A DNA stretch of 6,377 bases from Octopus sinensis (lineage: Eukaryota), in the NCBI RefSeq assembly GCF_006345805.1, contig NW_021829374.1:1-6377 (forward strand), written 5' to 3'. Shown piece after piece: positions 5,591-6,377 of this stretch; position 1 is the first letter of the stretch; every line of letters starts with the position of its first letter. Made by a program: the position numbers and the translations under genes. The notes below the pieces were generated by a model that was given only the letters and a program-made list of their open reading frames with translations, did no database searches and had not been told where the DNA came from.

Positions 5591-5968
5591 CTAGCAGTAT
5601 CGCCCGGCGTTGCTCGGGTTTGTAAGGGAAATAACTATATAAGCATTTTTAGAGATGTAAAGAGTAATAGCCATCTCAATATGTCTAACCATATTTAATA
5701 ATATAATGAGATTTAATAATAAATTTTTAGAGAGTTACTTCCCTTATATATGCCAAAAATGCATTAAAAATGGGAAAAATTGATGGTAATTTTTTTTTTA
5801 AATCGTAGACTCATCGTAGACGCGCGCTAATACCCAGAAGGGCTTGATATGAATCACGACTATAAGATACCCAGTTTTGGTTAAACTGCACCGCAAAATG
5901 TGGGAGTAGTTAGGAATCTAAATCGTAGGAGACAGACACTCACACAACCTCTCTTTTATATATAAAGA
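5591..5968 (-). mobile_element. Complete non-autonomous Helitron (378 bp)
   Basis: Minus strand: 5' A|TCTTTATATATAAAAG (TC at 5967-5968), 16-nt GC-rich hairpin CCCGAGCAACGCCGGG (5603-5618), 8 nt, then CTAG|T (5591-5594). Inserted between A and T with no TSD. All canonical Helitron terminal features are present. Confidence 0.92.
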
Positions 5969-6001
5969 TATTAAAAAATGTATTGTTATTAAACAAACGA
6001 C

Positions 6002-6115
6002 GTGATGATAAATACGATGGTGATGATGATAGTTATCATCTGCATTGTCATCATCATCAAGTCATTCACTTGCTGTTGTTTTTCTAGTAGTTGTTGTAGG
6101 AAACAACAACGACCA
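6002..6115. repeat. Cryptic trinucleotide simple sequence (GAT/CAT, GTT/AAC)
   Basis: Short (GAT)n, (CAT)n, (GTT)n and (AAC)n runs. Confidence 0.8.
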
Positions 6116-6377
6116 CGATGTCGACGTTTCGCCCGCTAAAACTCTTCATCCACCACACCGAACCTTCAAGAACAACAGAATCGTTGAGAGCGGCGATTAT
6201 TCGGGCGTCATAAACAGAGTGTGTGTTTAAGAGCGTATGTATGCGCGCGCGAGTGTGCTGCGTCTCTGGGAGGTAGCAGGGGCTATGGCTATCTTCGGCT
6301 GTCATCCATTCTATAGCAGGCTACTAGACTTGTATGTATTTATTTATATATTCATTTATGTATTCGCCTGTTTTCTT

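Noticed and set aside
1-6377. CRISPR array or prokaryotic system
   Set aside because: No regularly spaced repeat-spacer units and no operon-like ORFs; all repeats are microsatellites or transposon-derived.

Overview
Eukaryotic, repeat-saturated window with no intact gene. The repeat families and microsatellite load resemble an octopus (coleoid cephalopod) genome; this is inferred from recalled repeat consensi and was not searched. Left to right: (1) a decayed R4/Dong-like non-LTR retrotransposon fragment on the minus strand (RT, CCHC knuckle, RHD/KILWD), split by (2) a ~375-bp non-tRNA SINE-like element with a (TAAG)n tail and TSD; (3) a 5'-truncated tRNA-derived SINE, followed by an inverted (ATT)n/(AAT)n field with a 32-nt B-box island; (4) (CT)n and a ~620-bp (CATA/CATG)n array; (5) another SINE fragment; (6) a second, oppositely oriented copy of the SINE-like element with a perfect 14-bp TSD; (7) a Helentron-type (HINE-like) element plus a partial tandem copy between two (AT)n tracts; (8) a complete non-autonomous Helitron. 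The strongest lead is the two-copy SINE-like element. Both copies start at the same 5' nucleotide, and the 5' ~155 nt are highly structured with HDV-like ribozyme motifs in the expected order, although P2 and P3 do not fit canonically. All alignments and folds were done by hand.
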